NCBI RefSeq assembly: GCF_004010195.1
Contig: NC_057759.1
Coordinates: 1,869,069 to 1,933,068 of the forward strand
Source: Chiloscyllium plagiosum
Taxonomy: Eukaryota
DNA: 64,000 bases
Direction of reading: 5' to 3'
Shown here in pieces: positions 12,199-24,145 of this stretch. A program made the translations under genes and the position numbers. The stretch's first letter is position 1; each line of letters begins with the position of its first letter. Under the pieces are notes generated by a model. It saw only the letters and a list, made by a program, of their open reading frames with translations. It ran no database searches and was not told the DNA's origin.

Positions 12199-13067
12199 CA
12201 GGTAGAGATCGATATCTACATTCACACAGAAGATACTGACAGGTACAAATTGATGACTGCATTTAATATTTATACAGCAGAAACTGGCAGGGAGATACTG
12301 AGAATGACACACCCGTTCTCAAAGCTGAAACTGACAGGTTCAGGTTGATAACTGCACTGTCAGATACACAGCAGAAACTGTTAGGGAAAGATTGTTAAGT
12401 AAATTCACACATTCACAACGGCAGAAACTGACAGGTATATATTGATAACTAAACTCTCACATCCCCATCAGTGTAACGCATAGGAACTGGTCCTACTTAT
12501 TTAAAATGTATTTATCAATCGGTCTCTGCCAGTTTCTACTATGTGGATAGGAGTTCAGTTATCAATCTATACCTGTCAGTTTATACTATGTGAATGTAGT
12601 TATCAATCTGTCCCTGTCACTCTCTCATAAATACATTTTGGACATTGCAGAGAGTGACAGGGACAAATGGATAACTATATTAATTCTCACATTTGCACGG
12701 CCTATACTGACAGGTACAGGTCGACAGCTGTACTCCCATATTCATCTCACAGGAACTGACAGGTATGGATTGATAAGGAAACTCTCAGATCCAGATACAA
12801 ACTTGTATTGGGTAGCCCCATTGTGGAGCTGTAGAAGTGTTGGTTAGTATCTGGTTCTCAGTGAATTGGTATAGATTTCTTTTGTTACAATCATGAGACA
12901 AAGAGCAACTCAGGCCAAGAATGTAGTCAGACCTGTAGTTCTGTCTGAAATGCTGGCTTGAAAGAAACAGCCTCACGATTATAAAATGAATATTACATTG
13001 AAAGGTTTGATATGTCAAACTCACTTAATGTTGATTTACAGGGGATGTCTCTTCTCTCTTCTTCCAG

Positions 13068-13149
13068 ACAATTACATGAAGGAGCAAGACAATGTAACAT
13101 TCTCTCGATACGAAGCCAAGTGTGATCAGTTCCTTCTAACAAACAGCAG
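13068..13149 (+). other. Probable 82-nt internal exon
   Basis: Polypyrimidine tract tctcttctctcttcttccAG acceptor and AG|gtatgt donor. A diverged homolog of identical length with both splice sites lies at 16873-16954 (-). Confidence 0.6.
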
Positions 13150-13344
13150 GTATGTTATCACTGTCAGACTGAAAAACATACTTTCCACAGTCACAGAGCA
13201 GTTGAATTAGATACACATGGAACTCAATTTCTAGAGAGAAGTTTTCACAAGAATAGTCAAATACCACCAAGCAATTATAACTTCTTTTATCCCTCTCCAT
13301 TCTCAATTCACATCACCCGATTTCCAATAAATGTTATCATTCAC

Positions 13345-14308
13345 AGCCATTGAGTCATCAAGATGTACAACACTGAAGCAGACTCTTTGGTCCTACTCAT
13401 CCATGCCAAACAGATGTCAGAAACTAATCCATTCCCATTTGCCAGCACTTGATCCATATCCCTTTGAACCCTTCCTATTCATGGACTCATTCAGATGCCT
13501 TTTAAGTGTTATAATTGTACCAGCCTCCTCCACTTCCTCTGGCAGCTCATTCCTTACTCGTACCATCTTATGCGTTTAAAAGTTGCCGCTTAGGTCAATT
13601 TAAAATTTTTCCTCCGTTTACCTTAAACCTATGCCTCTAGTTTTGTACTCCCCCACCTTAGGGAAGAGAGACATTGTCCCTCATGATTTTATAAACCTCT
13701 ATGTGGTCAGCCCTAGCCTGTTCAGCCTCTCTCTATAGCTCAAATCCTCCAACCCTGACAAATTTCTTGTAAATCTTTCCTGAACCCTTCAACATTTCAC
13801 CATATCCTTCCAATACGAAGGAGACCAGTATTGCATGCACGATTCCAAAACTGGCCTCACCAATGACCTGCACAGCCACAACATGACCTCCCAACTCCTA
13901 TACTCGATGCACTGACCAATGAAGAAAACATACCAAATGCCTTCCTCACTGTTCTATCTACTTGCGACACCACTTTCAAGGAGCTATGAACTTGCATTCC
14001 AAGGTCTCTTTGTTCAGCAACACTCCCAATGATCTTACCATTAAGTGTACAAGTCCTGCCCTGATTTGCCTTTCCAAAATGTAGCACCGCAGATTTATCT
14101 GAATACAACTCCATCTGCCACTCCTCAGCCCATTGGCCCATCTGATCAAGACTCTGTAGTACTTTGAAGGATTCTTCTTTGCTGTCCAATTTTGGAGTCA
14201 TCTGCAAACTTATTAACTATACTGCTATGTTCAAATCCAAATCATTCACATAAATGAAGAAAAGCAGTGGATCCAACACACCACTGGTCACAAGCCTCCA
14301 GTCTGAAA
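13345..14308 (-). mobile_element. CR1 LINE 3' part (RT C-terminus and UTR), degenerate
   Basis: FADDSK-type motif, LQSLDQMGQWAEEWQM, VLHFG, EQRDLG. Confidence 0.9.
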
Positions 14309-16872
14309 NNNNNNNNNNNNNNNNNNNNNNNNNNNNNNNNNNNNNNNNNNNNNNNNNNNNNNNNNNNNNNNNNNNNNNNNNNNNNNNNNNNNNNNNNNNN
14401 NNNNNNNNNNNNNNNNNNNNNNNNNNNNNNNNNNNNNNNNNNNNNNNNNNNNNNNNNNNNNNNNNNNNNNNNNNNNNNNNNNNNNNNNNNNNNNNNNNNN
14501 NNNNNNNNNNNNNNNNNNNNNNNNNNNNNNNNNNNNNNNNNNNNNNNNNNNNNNNNNNNNNNNNNNNNNNNNNNNNNNNNNNNNNNNNNNNNNNNNNNNN
14601 NNNNNNNNNNNNNNNNNNNNNNNNNNNNNNNNNNNNNNNNNNNNNNNNNNNNNNNNNNNNNNNNNNNNNNNNNNNNNNNNNNNNNNNNNNNNNNNNNNNN
14701 NNNNNNNNNNNNNNNNNNNNNNNNNNNNNNNNNNNNNNNNNNNNNNNNNNNNNNNNNNNNNNNNNNNNNNNNNNNNNNNNNNNNNNNNNNNNNNNNNNNN
14801 NNNNNNNNGCTAACCTTGTCAGTTTGTGCTGTGTGACCGAAAATCAAGTGCTCAATCAGTACCAGTCACTTTCAACTCTCATGTATCAAAAGTTGCTTAA
14901 TTCACTGACAGCCAATAATATTCTATGAGTCCAGTGATGACAAATTCTTGTTTGCCATCTGGTTCACTAATGTCCTTTAAGGAAAGGAGCTGCCATCCTT
15001 ACTTGGTCTGGCCTACATGTGTCTCCAGACCCACAGCAATGTGGCTGACACATAACTATCCCCTGGGAGTTAGGGATGGGCAATAAATGCTGGCCTCGCC
15101 AGTGATTCTCTCATCCCGTGAATGAATTTAGGAAAAAGAATTCTCTGTGACTGTGATTGATTCTGTGATAGTAGATTTTAGGGTGTTGTGATTGAGACTT
15201 AAACTCTTCTGCATTATGTCATTTATGGTAGAGTCACAGAATTGATCCAGCCATTCGGCCAATTTATGTCCAGACTGGGACATTCTGTTCTTCACCCGTT
15301 CTCCATACTAGTTTCCATTAACTGTTGGGATTTTGGACTTTATCCACTCATTGACAGTATCTCTCTCTAAATGCTAATTTGAGATTTTTTCTGCAGTTAC
15401 CTGTCTTTGATAACTATAGTGCCAGTTTTGTTCTGTGGGCAATAGCATCAGGTAGAGTATGTGGATCTCATTTTCTTTCCATGTTCAGTTGTGTTTTTTT
15501 GGCCTGAGTTTAGGATAAACTTGATCAATATTCACTAACCTATTGTGATTGCGGGATTAATGTTATCTTTGCCATGAATCTGAATTTTATTGCATTCAGA
15601 CTTTTTAAAAATATTTTATGCATGCAGTAATCTTTATCAGTTGCGGCTGGACACTAAGATATAACATCTGATACTAACTGAAGCGATTAATGATTTGGTG
15701 AATCAATTTATAACTGTCCATATTTGGAAATACCTGGGCATAAATTTCATTTTTTTTTCCCCTTTCAGCATTAACTGGCTGTGTGTGAGTGAGTTTTCTG
15801 TTGTGCTGCCAATCTGTATCACTTGAAAGGAATGGCACTGGTCTATATCACACTGACACTTTTTTTATGTTGCCTTGTGTTTCCCATTCTCCATGTCATG
15901 ATCTGATACACTTTATGAGGTGGGTTTAATGCCTTATAATTCAGTGTTTCATATATTAAAAAAGTATGGAAATGCTTCTGCATTACTCAGGCCCTTAACC
16001 AGAATGTGAGAGTGTGGAGAAAGTGTGTGTTCATCAGCACCAGGCTCAGTGTGAGAATGAGATTCATTCACTCTCTGATACTAGATATCAATGTGCTCCT
16101 TATTCTTGGTTATTGTGTTTCGCAGTGCTACAGTGTCATCCAAATTGAAATATGTCACTTTTAGTAACTGTTACTGTACTTCAGTGTTCAAACTTCTGCT
16201 ACTTGACATGAATGAGGTACTATCCATTGCCACTGGAGTCAGCTCGTGTCAGTGAAAGTGGATGTGTTTGTATATCTGTTAATCTCTGGCACTGCACATG
16301 TAGTTCAATAATGTCCACAGCCAGTGTTCTTTAGCTTTAGTGCCTGTAGGATCCATGGACAAATGTACATGCAACACATTGCAGCAGAAAAGCATCTGTG
16401 CTCAGAGGTTTATTTGGAATTTACACTGTTTAGTTGTTGTGCCTTTCACATAGGACTTCTATTTATCAAAAGATTAATTTTGTCCGTCTCAGTTACTGAT
16501 AATGCCAAAGTTTCCTTCTATATCTTCAGAAATCCTTGCTGTAACAATGTAACAGAATGATCTGTTTGTTCACCTTTAAAATTGCCTTCATTACATGTGG
16601 AGTTAATACAGTTCCTAATGTATATTTCATAAGAAGGTACAATCTATCCCTCTTCTGATGTTGCAAATGATAATTGACTAAGTATCGTGGCATTTATTGG
16701 AACTGAGCTGTTGTGCATTGAGTATAGGGAGAAATCAAAAAAATATATTGCATCATTTGTGTTTGACTCTTGGATTTAATGTGTACCTCTGGAAATTGAG
16801 CTCAATGTGTATCTGAGTCAATCCACTCTGACTGTGGAAAGGATGTTCTCCAATCTGACAACAGTAACATAC

Positions 16873-16954
16873 CTGCTGGTTGGTAGAAGCAGATGGTCAC
16901 ACTTGGCTTTGTACTGAGGGAATATTACATTGTCTTGGTCCATCAATCATTTGC
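16873..16954 (-). other. Probable 82-nt second exon
   Basis: Reverse complement reads cttgtcttcctccAG|gcaaatgattgatggaccaagacaatg...ccagcag|GTatgt, about 580 bp downstream of the exon-1 donor at 17541. Confidence 0.6.
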
Positions 16955-17535
16955 CTGGAGGAAGACAAGAGGGATATTTTCTGTAAATCACCATCAGCTA
17001 AATAGAAAAACATCAACTGATCAATGAAATATTCAGGTCAGGTCATGATCATGATAATTCTTTGTTTTTAAACAGGGCAAGGTGAACAGAGCAAGGACTG
17101 GTTACACTCTAGCTCTGAGACCCTTCCAGTCTTTGTTTTTCTGTTTGCGAAACTCTAAAACAATTTACTAAGGTACAAAAACTAACCAACATCTGCAAGT
17201 TCAATATTCAGCTCCCAATACATTAACTGTTGAAGGAAGAACAACAGGCACTACTCTCACATTTAGATATACTGTCCTTTAATGACCTACTATTCAATGT
17301 CTATTCGCAACAAACAGCATGAAATAGATGCTAAACAATGAATTTCCATCAGAGTTTAGGTAATTAAAAACCACAAGAATATCCCACAGCAGCTTCTTCC
17401 CGTTCTGCCTCCCACAGCAGGCCCACACACAGCCCGAGAAAGGCCTCTCTCTTCCCCCCAGTCCGCTCACTCCAAGTTCCGGGACCAGTTCCTGCTCCGA
17501 TCGGCCTCTTATAAACAGCCACCGGTTCTCCCTGA

Positions 17536-17795
17536 ACTCACCCCGAATCAATCCCGGTCTCGGAGCCCCCTCTGTGTCCCAGGCTCCCATCCCGATGTGC
17601 TGCTGGAAGGAGCCTGCTGTTCCCTCGCTTCCCTGAGCGCTGATCTCTCCATTGCGGTCTGTTTCAAACAAACCTCTTGCACTCACTGAGTAAATGCTCC
17701 TCAATGGCAGCGCTGGGGGAGGGCATCACGCATGTGTTCCTCTGCTCAGAAACATTTCTGCTTTGGAGGAAGGGCAGTATCGCGCATGCGCCTAA
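17536..17795 (-). promoter_or_regulatory. CpG promoter and first exon (copy 2)
   Basis: Near-identical reverse complement of 3735-3996. GCGCATGCGC at 17782-17791, donor at 17536-17541. Confidence 0.7.
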
Positions 17796-19811
17796 GGATG
17801 CAGGATAAATTATTCACATTAAACTGACTGACAACAGCGGTGATAAATCCAGCGCAATATTAGGGATTGAGATTAAAGCACAAATATTACTTCCAAAAAA
17901 AGGAATGTTTTCTCTAGAGCAGAGATGACTGCGGTGGGAACACATGATTGAAGTATAAGCGATTTATGAGGCGTGTGGGACAGGGTGAATAGAGAGAAGC
18001 TGTTTCCCTTGTTTGAGCGAGCAATCACAAGTGGTGCTTAGGTAATGATATGGTAAGGGTAAGGATTCTCGCTATACTGAAGGGTTAGATGTAAAGATAT
18101 TGAGGGAATTTCAGAAAAATCTTTTCACTCAGCAAGTGGTGGAAATCTGGAAGACACTACATGCGAAGGTGGTGGAGGCCAGAAACCTTTACCTTTAAAA
18201 AGTATTTGGATGAGCACTTCAAATGTCAGTTCCGGAGCCACCATTCACGGTGGGATATGAACGGTGAATATCTCCCCAGGCAAACCAAAAAGAAACGTGT
18301 CTCCGTCTTTGAGTACGAGGAGCAGATACATCTTGCGATTGGCGGTCCTTTCGTTCTATGCCAAGTAGACTCGAACCTGGGTCTCTGGCGCTGTTTTCTC
18401 CGGTTCCAGTCAATGAGGCTTTCTGCTGTCAGTGAGAGATTATCAAAATGAACGGAGATCAAACCAGAGCAGCTGCAGGACTGGGATGGCAAATGTGGAG
18501 CTTTTGCTGATGTCAGAACTAGTGCACAAAGGCTAGGCGACATTAAAATATTGTCTCAAGACGATTAATGAGCTCAGCCGGAAGAACGTTCTGTAATGTT
18601 TAATCAACATATCGGAGTGTTTTCGATATGTGAAATGAAGAGATTAATTGAAGATTGCAGTTCTTAGCGCATGCTTTTGTTTCTGCCAGTCCTTCAGGTC
18701 CAGAAAAGAGAAAAAAGTAGAAAGAGATAGATGCAGTTAGGCAAATGGATGAGCGAGAGAGATTGTCTAAAGTATATATTTATAACCTAATGAACAAGTA
18801 TTGATGAATTCCCCTCTGATCAAGGTTCTCCTTTTTTATACATACTTTTTCTATGTAAAACATACTTCGTTATTTGTGAAATGGCGGGCTTTTCAAATTG
18901 GAAGGAAAGGTGTTGATGATTTGGCGCTGGCTCCAAGAGTAGAGAATGTGCCCTCTCTTCTCCCTGCCTCTCGGGAGCATATTGAACACCAGTGAATCTT
19001 TTTTTCTTTATTACTGGTGCTATTTGCTCAAGTCACTCTCTAATATTTGATTATTCCGGGAGCGACAAGCCCCGGTTGGGGTGGGAGCCCTGAGTGTCAC
19101 CACTGGGTTCTGTTGGGTTGCAGAATAGTGTAAATGGGGCTTTCTGCTGTCGATTAGAAGTTTCCAAAACGAACCGAGATCAAACCAGAACAGTCGCCGG
19201 ACTGGAATTGTTAACGCGGAGCTTTTGCTATTTGGGAGCACGGTATTAAGATAATACCTAAAGGCGGCGTTCGTTTTTCATGCACTCACGCCGAAGAACG
19301 GTCATGAAATCCTCACAGGGCTGAATGAGAGTGTTGGTTCTCTCCGAAGACAATCTCGAATCCTTCAAATAGATTCTAGACTCATTACCCGAAAGAAAAA
19401 TTGCAAATTAATGACTAAATACGAATGCATTGTTTTGCGTAAAGCTCCCTTCTCTGATCTACATTTCGGCAGGATTTTCAAATTTGAAAGAAAACGGTTG
19501 ATGATTTGGCGCCATGTTTTCCCGCCAGCTTCCTCAGCAATGATCATACCAGCTGTAACTGGTGGGAACACCAAGGGAGACAGTGAGGACAAAGGGGATG
19601 TAATCCGGAATTAATACTGCACTACGATATGAAAATTACATAACATTTCCCAGCAGCGTATATTCTAGTCACTGCTGCTTGTACGATGTGTGTCTTCAAC
19701 TGTCTCCCCTGAAATGTTTTACTGACGTCACGCCCCCCCCCCTCATTAATATTATTCAAAGCCATTTTCCAACGTCTGCGATCGCTTCCCGCTCTCTCTG
19801 GATGGTTTAGT

Positions 19812-19827
19812 GGCTCTGAATAAAGCC
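19812..19827 (-). terminator. Degenerate histone stem-loop
   Basis: Reverse complement GGCTTTATTCAGAGCC, two changes from consensus. Confidence 0.75.
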
Positions 19828-19881
19828 GTCATGTATTTCTCTCTCTCTCTTGGTGAATGTGCAGGGCCGGCCAGGCTCCGT

Positions 19882-20094
<213 letters not shown>

Positions 20095-20582
20095 TCAGGG
20101 AACGGAGAGCCAGCCCAAGAGCTGGGATTGGATACAGCCCTGTCCCTCAACCCACAGAGAAACAGCTCCGGATGGAAAAGAAAAGGCAGGAAAAGAATTG
20201 TTGGAGTCTGATAGGTTCACTGGAAACGACAGTTGGTCAGTTTCCAAATGCCCGCTGAATTCACCCTCACAAACCTTGAGATTAAAGTAACCATTAAAAC
20301 GCAAAAACGCCATCCGTCCGCAACTAAGATAAAATTTACTATTTTATAGCAACTCCTCAAAACCTCGTTAGCAGTCAGCTTGGACAGGAGGCGTGATCAT
20401 TGCCTGATCTGTCCGTAACAGGCAGGAGGAAAAGGCGGGGTTTAAAACAGCCAGACAAACTGAACAACCGAACGTTTACCCGCCGTGAATGAGTCGAAAC
20501 AACCACGCCAATTTAAACATCTTAAAAGCTAATGCAGTATACACCGATAAAAGGACAGAATCTCACTTTATGATTAGATTAC

Positions 20583-20840
20583 CCACAGCGTGGAGACAGG
20601 CCTTTCGGCCCAATAAGTCCACATAGACCCATTCCCCTACATCTACCCCTGACAAATCCACCTAACACTGCGGGCAATTTAGCACAGCCAATTCACCTGA
20701 CCTGCACATCTTTGGACTGTGGGAGGAAACCGGAGCACCCAGAGGAAATCCACGCAGGCACGGGGAGAATGTGGAAACTCCACACAGACGTCCTTGGCGC
20801 TGTGAGGCAGCAGTGCTAACCTCTGAGCTACCGTGCTACC
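20583..20840 (-). mobile_element. HE1-like SINE (mirror of 91-360)
   Basis: tttggactgtgggaggaaaccggagcaccc core. Confidence 0.8.
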
Positions 20841-21209
20841 CCCGGAACTGTTTTTGTTACCCCCAGATTGTAATTAGCCCGAAGACAATGTGGAATTGCT
20901 ACCTGAACTGTCTGTAACAGGCAGATGGAAGGAGCACGCAATGAAAACATCCGCAGGGTCTCAGAATCAAAACTGAACAAAGTAACATTCCTGAACGGGT
21001 CAATGAAATAAAGATACAATGTCACATTCGTGACGCGAAGTGAAACAACCAGACGGAGATCAATAAACCCTCCCTATATGATACCTTCCCCATTCACAGG
21101 TCTCAGCTCTCGTAAACCATGGCATGAGTGTGTATTTGAGTTATTCAGATCAAATAATATCTAAGGTAGGTCTGCGCTCGGCGCCGGGACACGGAACATT
21201 TGATCCGGG

Positions 21210-21252
21210 CTCAGCTCTTTCCTGAGAGATGTGGGTGGCTCTGATAAGAGCC
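21210..21252 (-). terminator. Histone H1 3' stem-loop and HDE
   Basis: Reverse complement cccaaa GGCTCTTATCAGAGCC acccac (21237-21252), with AAAGAGCTG downstream. Confidence 0.93.
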
Positions 21253-21288
21253 TTTGGGTTCAGACGGTTACATATTACACTGACGGGT

Positions 21289-21969
21289 TCATTTTTTTGC
21301 TGCTGTCTTGGTCACTTTTGCTTTGGGCTTGGCCTTGCTTTTAGCCGGTTTGCTGAGGGGTTTGGGGGTTTTAGGGCCCTTGGCCTTTTTCACCTTCTTC
21401 ACGGGAGTCCGTTTCTTTGGCGCTGCTTTGCTCACCGCTTTCTTTGGCGGTGCCGCCTTCTTGCCGCTCGCTTTCTTGGCTGGGGATTTCTTGGTTGTCG
21501 CTCTCTTGGCTGGGGATTTCTTAGCTGTCGCTTTCTTGGCCTGGGATTTCTTTGCTGTCGCCTTCTTGGCCGGTGATTTCTTCACGGCCGGTTTCTTGGC
21601 GGCTGCTGATGTTCCCGCCTTCTTTCCCGCTTTTGCCTTGACTGGATTCTTAGGGAGTTTGAAGGAGCCAGAGACGCCCTGGCCCTTGACCAGAACAAGG
21701 GAGCCGTTCGCCAGGCACCTCCTGATACTCATCTTGATCTGTGCGTTTCGCTTTCCCACATCGATCCCGCTTCTCTCCAGCGCCTTCTTTATAGCGGACA
21801 GAGACGCCCCTCTGCGATCCTTGATATCCCCGACACCCTTCAGAATCAGCTCTCCCAACCCGGGACCGGGTGTTTTCTTCCTGGGAGCCGCCGCCTTCTT
21901 CTTGGGAACCTTGGCTTTGGTGGGAGCGGCGGCTGGAGGAGCCGTTTCGGCGGCTGCACTGTCGCTCAT
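21289..21969 (-). CDS. H1: Replication-dependent linker histone H1, 226 aa, intronless and intact
   Basis: Globular domain GPGLGELILK...GASLSAIKKAL...KGQGVSGSFKL, K/A/P-rich tail with KKSPAKK repeats, and a downstream stem-loop. Confidence 0.97.
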   Translation of the reverse strand: MSDSAAAETAPPAAAPTKAKVPKKKAAAPRKKTPGPGLGELILKGVGDIKDRRGASLSAIKKALERSGIDVGKRNAQIKMSIRRCLANGSLVLVKGQGVSGSFKLPKNPVKAKAGKKAGTSAAAKKPAVKKSPAKKATAKKSQAKKATAKKSPAKRATTKKSPAKKASGKKAAPPKKAVSKAAPKKRTPVKKVKKAKGPKTPKPLSKPAKSKAKPKAKVTKTAAKK

Positions 21970-22117
21970 GTTGAGAACTCTGCGTTGAATCTTTCTCTAG
22001 GACAGTCTGAACTGGGTCAGCAATGATGCTACTGGGGGCGGCACTGAGCAACTTCAAGGCAGCGAGCGGACGGCGCAGGGACAACCAGCCGTCAGCTCCC
22101 TGCTTCTGCTGCCTCTC

Positions 22118-22124
22118 TGTGTTT
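22118..22124 (-). promoter_or_regulatory. H1 AC-box (AAACACA)
   Basis: tgtgttt on the plus strand, about 150 bp upstream of the H1 ATG, the expected position for the H1-specific element. Confidence 0.65.
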
Positions 22125-22629
22125 CTCTAACGGCCTAAACTCTCCGATTCCTCTGAAATTCCGCATCTCCAGAGAGCCTGGCTCGATCGCTCCTGACCCT
22201 GACACGGTAAGGTTTGCGACTGAAAAGCTTTCACTCGAATAGAGGGCTCCGCTGTCGAGTTAAACTCATTTTGCTGCCGCACAGATCGAGCTTTTTGAGC
22301 TGAGCGCTGACATTGTCGGTACTTTTAGACTAAAATCTTGAAATCAACAAATACATTGTCTTAAATTCTACCTTTGGGGTCTATTGTGGGAGCCGGGGAA
22401 TAAGTTGAATTGAAAATGTTTTTGATTTTCACAAGAGAGACCCAGAAATATCATAATATTCGCGGACACACAAACACAGTTACGTTCGACTTACCGTCCG
22501 CCCTTTTCCGACAGCCTCTCTGACACAGTATTCACATTCACACAGTCACACGCCAGAAATACCACCAAATGTAAGTGTGGAAGGACAGAATGTCTCCTCC
22601 TTTTAGCCTTTGCTGCGGTGTCCAGGGAG

Positions 22630-23920
22630 TTAGTTGTAGTTTTTCTCCTCAGTAACTGTTACACTCTCATCAGCTCTATTGTTTACATCCTCAAAGATGG
22701 CCAGTCGGTTTGTCAAGCTTAGAAGACAGAACAGTGTGCACTGGAACAGGCCCTTCATGTTCATGCTGATTCTAGCAGATCCTGAATACTGTTTTGTCAA
22801 ATGCTTCGCAATTGAAGCTTTCATTTTGATTTTTTTTCCCTGAGGCTGACTGGCCTATAGTTCATAATTTTATATCTACCACCTCTTTCGATTGGATTGC
22901 TTACACAAGCTAGCCCCCAATCTGTGTAAATTATTGCAGAGCTTGTAGAATCTTGGAACATGACCATCCCTGCATCCAGTATTACTCAGCCCATTACATC
23001 TGGGACGAAGATGATCAAGGCCTGGTGTTTCCCAACCTTCAATCCTATCCACTGTCCCAACATCATTTCCCAAATAATACTGATTTGGTTCAGTTCTTCC
23101 CTCTCACTAAACTCTCCAATACCACTACTGTGTTAGTTGTGTGAATATTTGTGAACAGAAAACAATAGTATGTCTGCGATTTTTGAGACATTTTCATTCC
23201 CCATTTTGAACTCCCCTCTTTAATGTTGTAAGTGGCATGTGGTCCTCTTTGCCAACCTATTTATGTTCATTTCTCTCTTTACACATTTATTAGTGTTTTA
23301 GCAGTATTTTAAATGGTTTCCACAACATTACTCTTTTCTTCATTTGTTCTTTGTTCGTTAAATCTGGATCTGTTTGCAGCCTTCCCGTCTCGCTATATTC
23401 CCAAATTGTAGGCCTTTTCTTTGGACAATAAACTATCTTAAATAGTCATTTCAAGTTTCACAACATTCTTTTTATAGGAGAAAGACCAGAATTGCACAAA
23501 ATATTCCAAAAGTGGCATTACCAATGTTCTGTACACCCATAACATGTTCTCTTAAGTCACATACTCAAAGCTCTGACCAGTAAAGGAAAACATAAATGCC
23601 TTATTTGCTATCCTAACTAACTATAACTCCACGTTCAAGCAACAACGAACCCGCATTCCAACGTCTGTTTGTTCAGCAACACTCCACAGGACCTTAGTAT
23701 TAAGTGTGTAAGTCCTGCCCTGATTTCCCTTTCCAAATTGCAGCACCTCATATTAATTTAAATTGAACTCAATATGCCACTCCTGGGTGCAGTGGCCCAT
23801 CTGATCGAGATCCTGCTGTATTCTGAGGTAGCCTTCTTTGCTGTTTAGTACACCTACAAATTTTGTGTAATCTGCAAACTTACTAACAATAACTGGAACC
23901 TCACATCCAAATCATTCATA
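22630..23920 (-). mobile_element. Degenerate CR1 LINE fragments
   Basis: RT remnants: ttatgaactataggccagtcagcct on the reverse complement, FADYTKF, and W..EW motifs. Confidence 0.7.
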
Positions 23921-23924
23921 ATAA

Positions 23925-24145
23925 TGTGGAGGTGCCGGTGCTGGACTGCGGTGTGCAAAGTTAAAAATGACAACATCAGGTTATAGTCCAACAGGTTTAT
24001 TTGGAAGTACAAGCTTTCTAAATACAGACACCTGATGGAGGAGCAGCAGTTTGAAAGTTTGTATTTCTAAATGAACCTGTTGGAATATAGCTGAAAATGT
24101 GTTGCTGGAAAAGCGCAGCAGGTCAGGCAGCATCCAAGGAACAGG
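23925..24145. mobile_element. Penelope-derived short terminal-repeat elements running into an N gap
   Basis: gtccaacaggtttatttggaa / aaatgaacctgttgga inverted arms around ctgatggaggagcagc. Confidence 0.6.

Larger units (their letters stand above)
10630..12790 (+). repeat. Degenerate ~50-bp tandem array (consensus near CACAGCAGAAACTGACAGGTACAGATTGATAACTACACTCTCACATT)
   Basis: Many imperfect agcagaaactgacagg...gattgataact units, interrupted by TEs. Scattered units also occur from about 9480. Paralogous array at 30290-33480. Confidence 0.8.

Noticed and set aside
10630..12790. Repeat array as a possible CRISPR
   Set aside because: Units are degenerate with no unique spacers, there are no cas genes, and the context is vertebrate.
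14242..14928. Long ORFs spanning N runs (also 7384-8037, 23981-25323, 28313-29302, 50392-51375)
   Set aside because: Artefacts of assembly gaps translated as X.
21308..21988. 226-aa hydrophobic ORF on the plus strand
   Set aside because: Antisense shadow of Lys/Ala-rich H1 codons.
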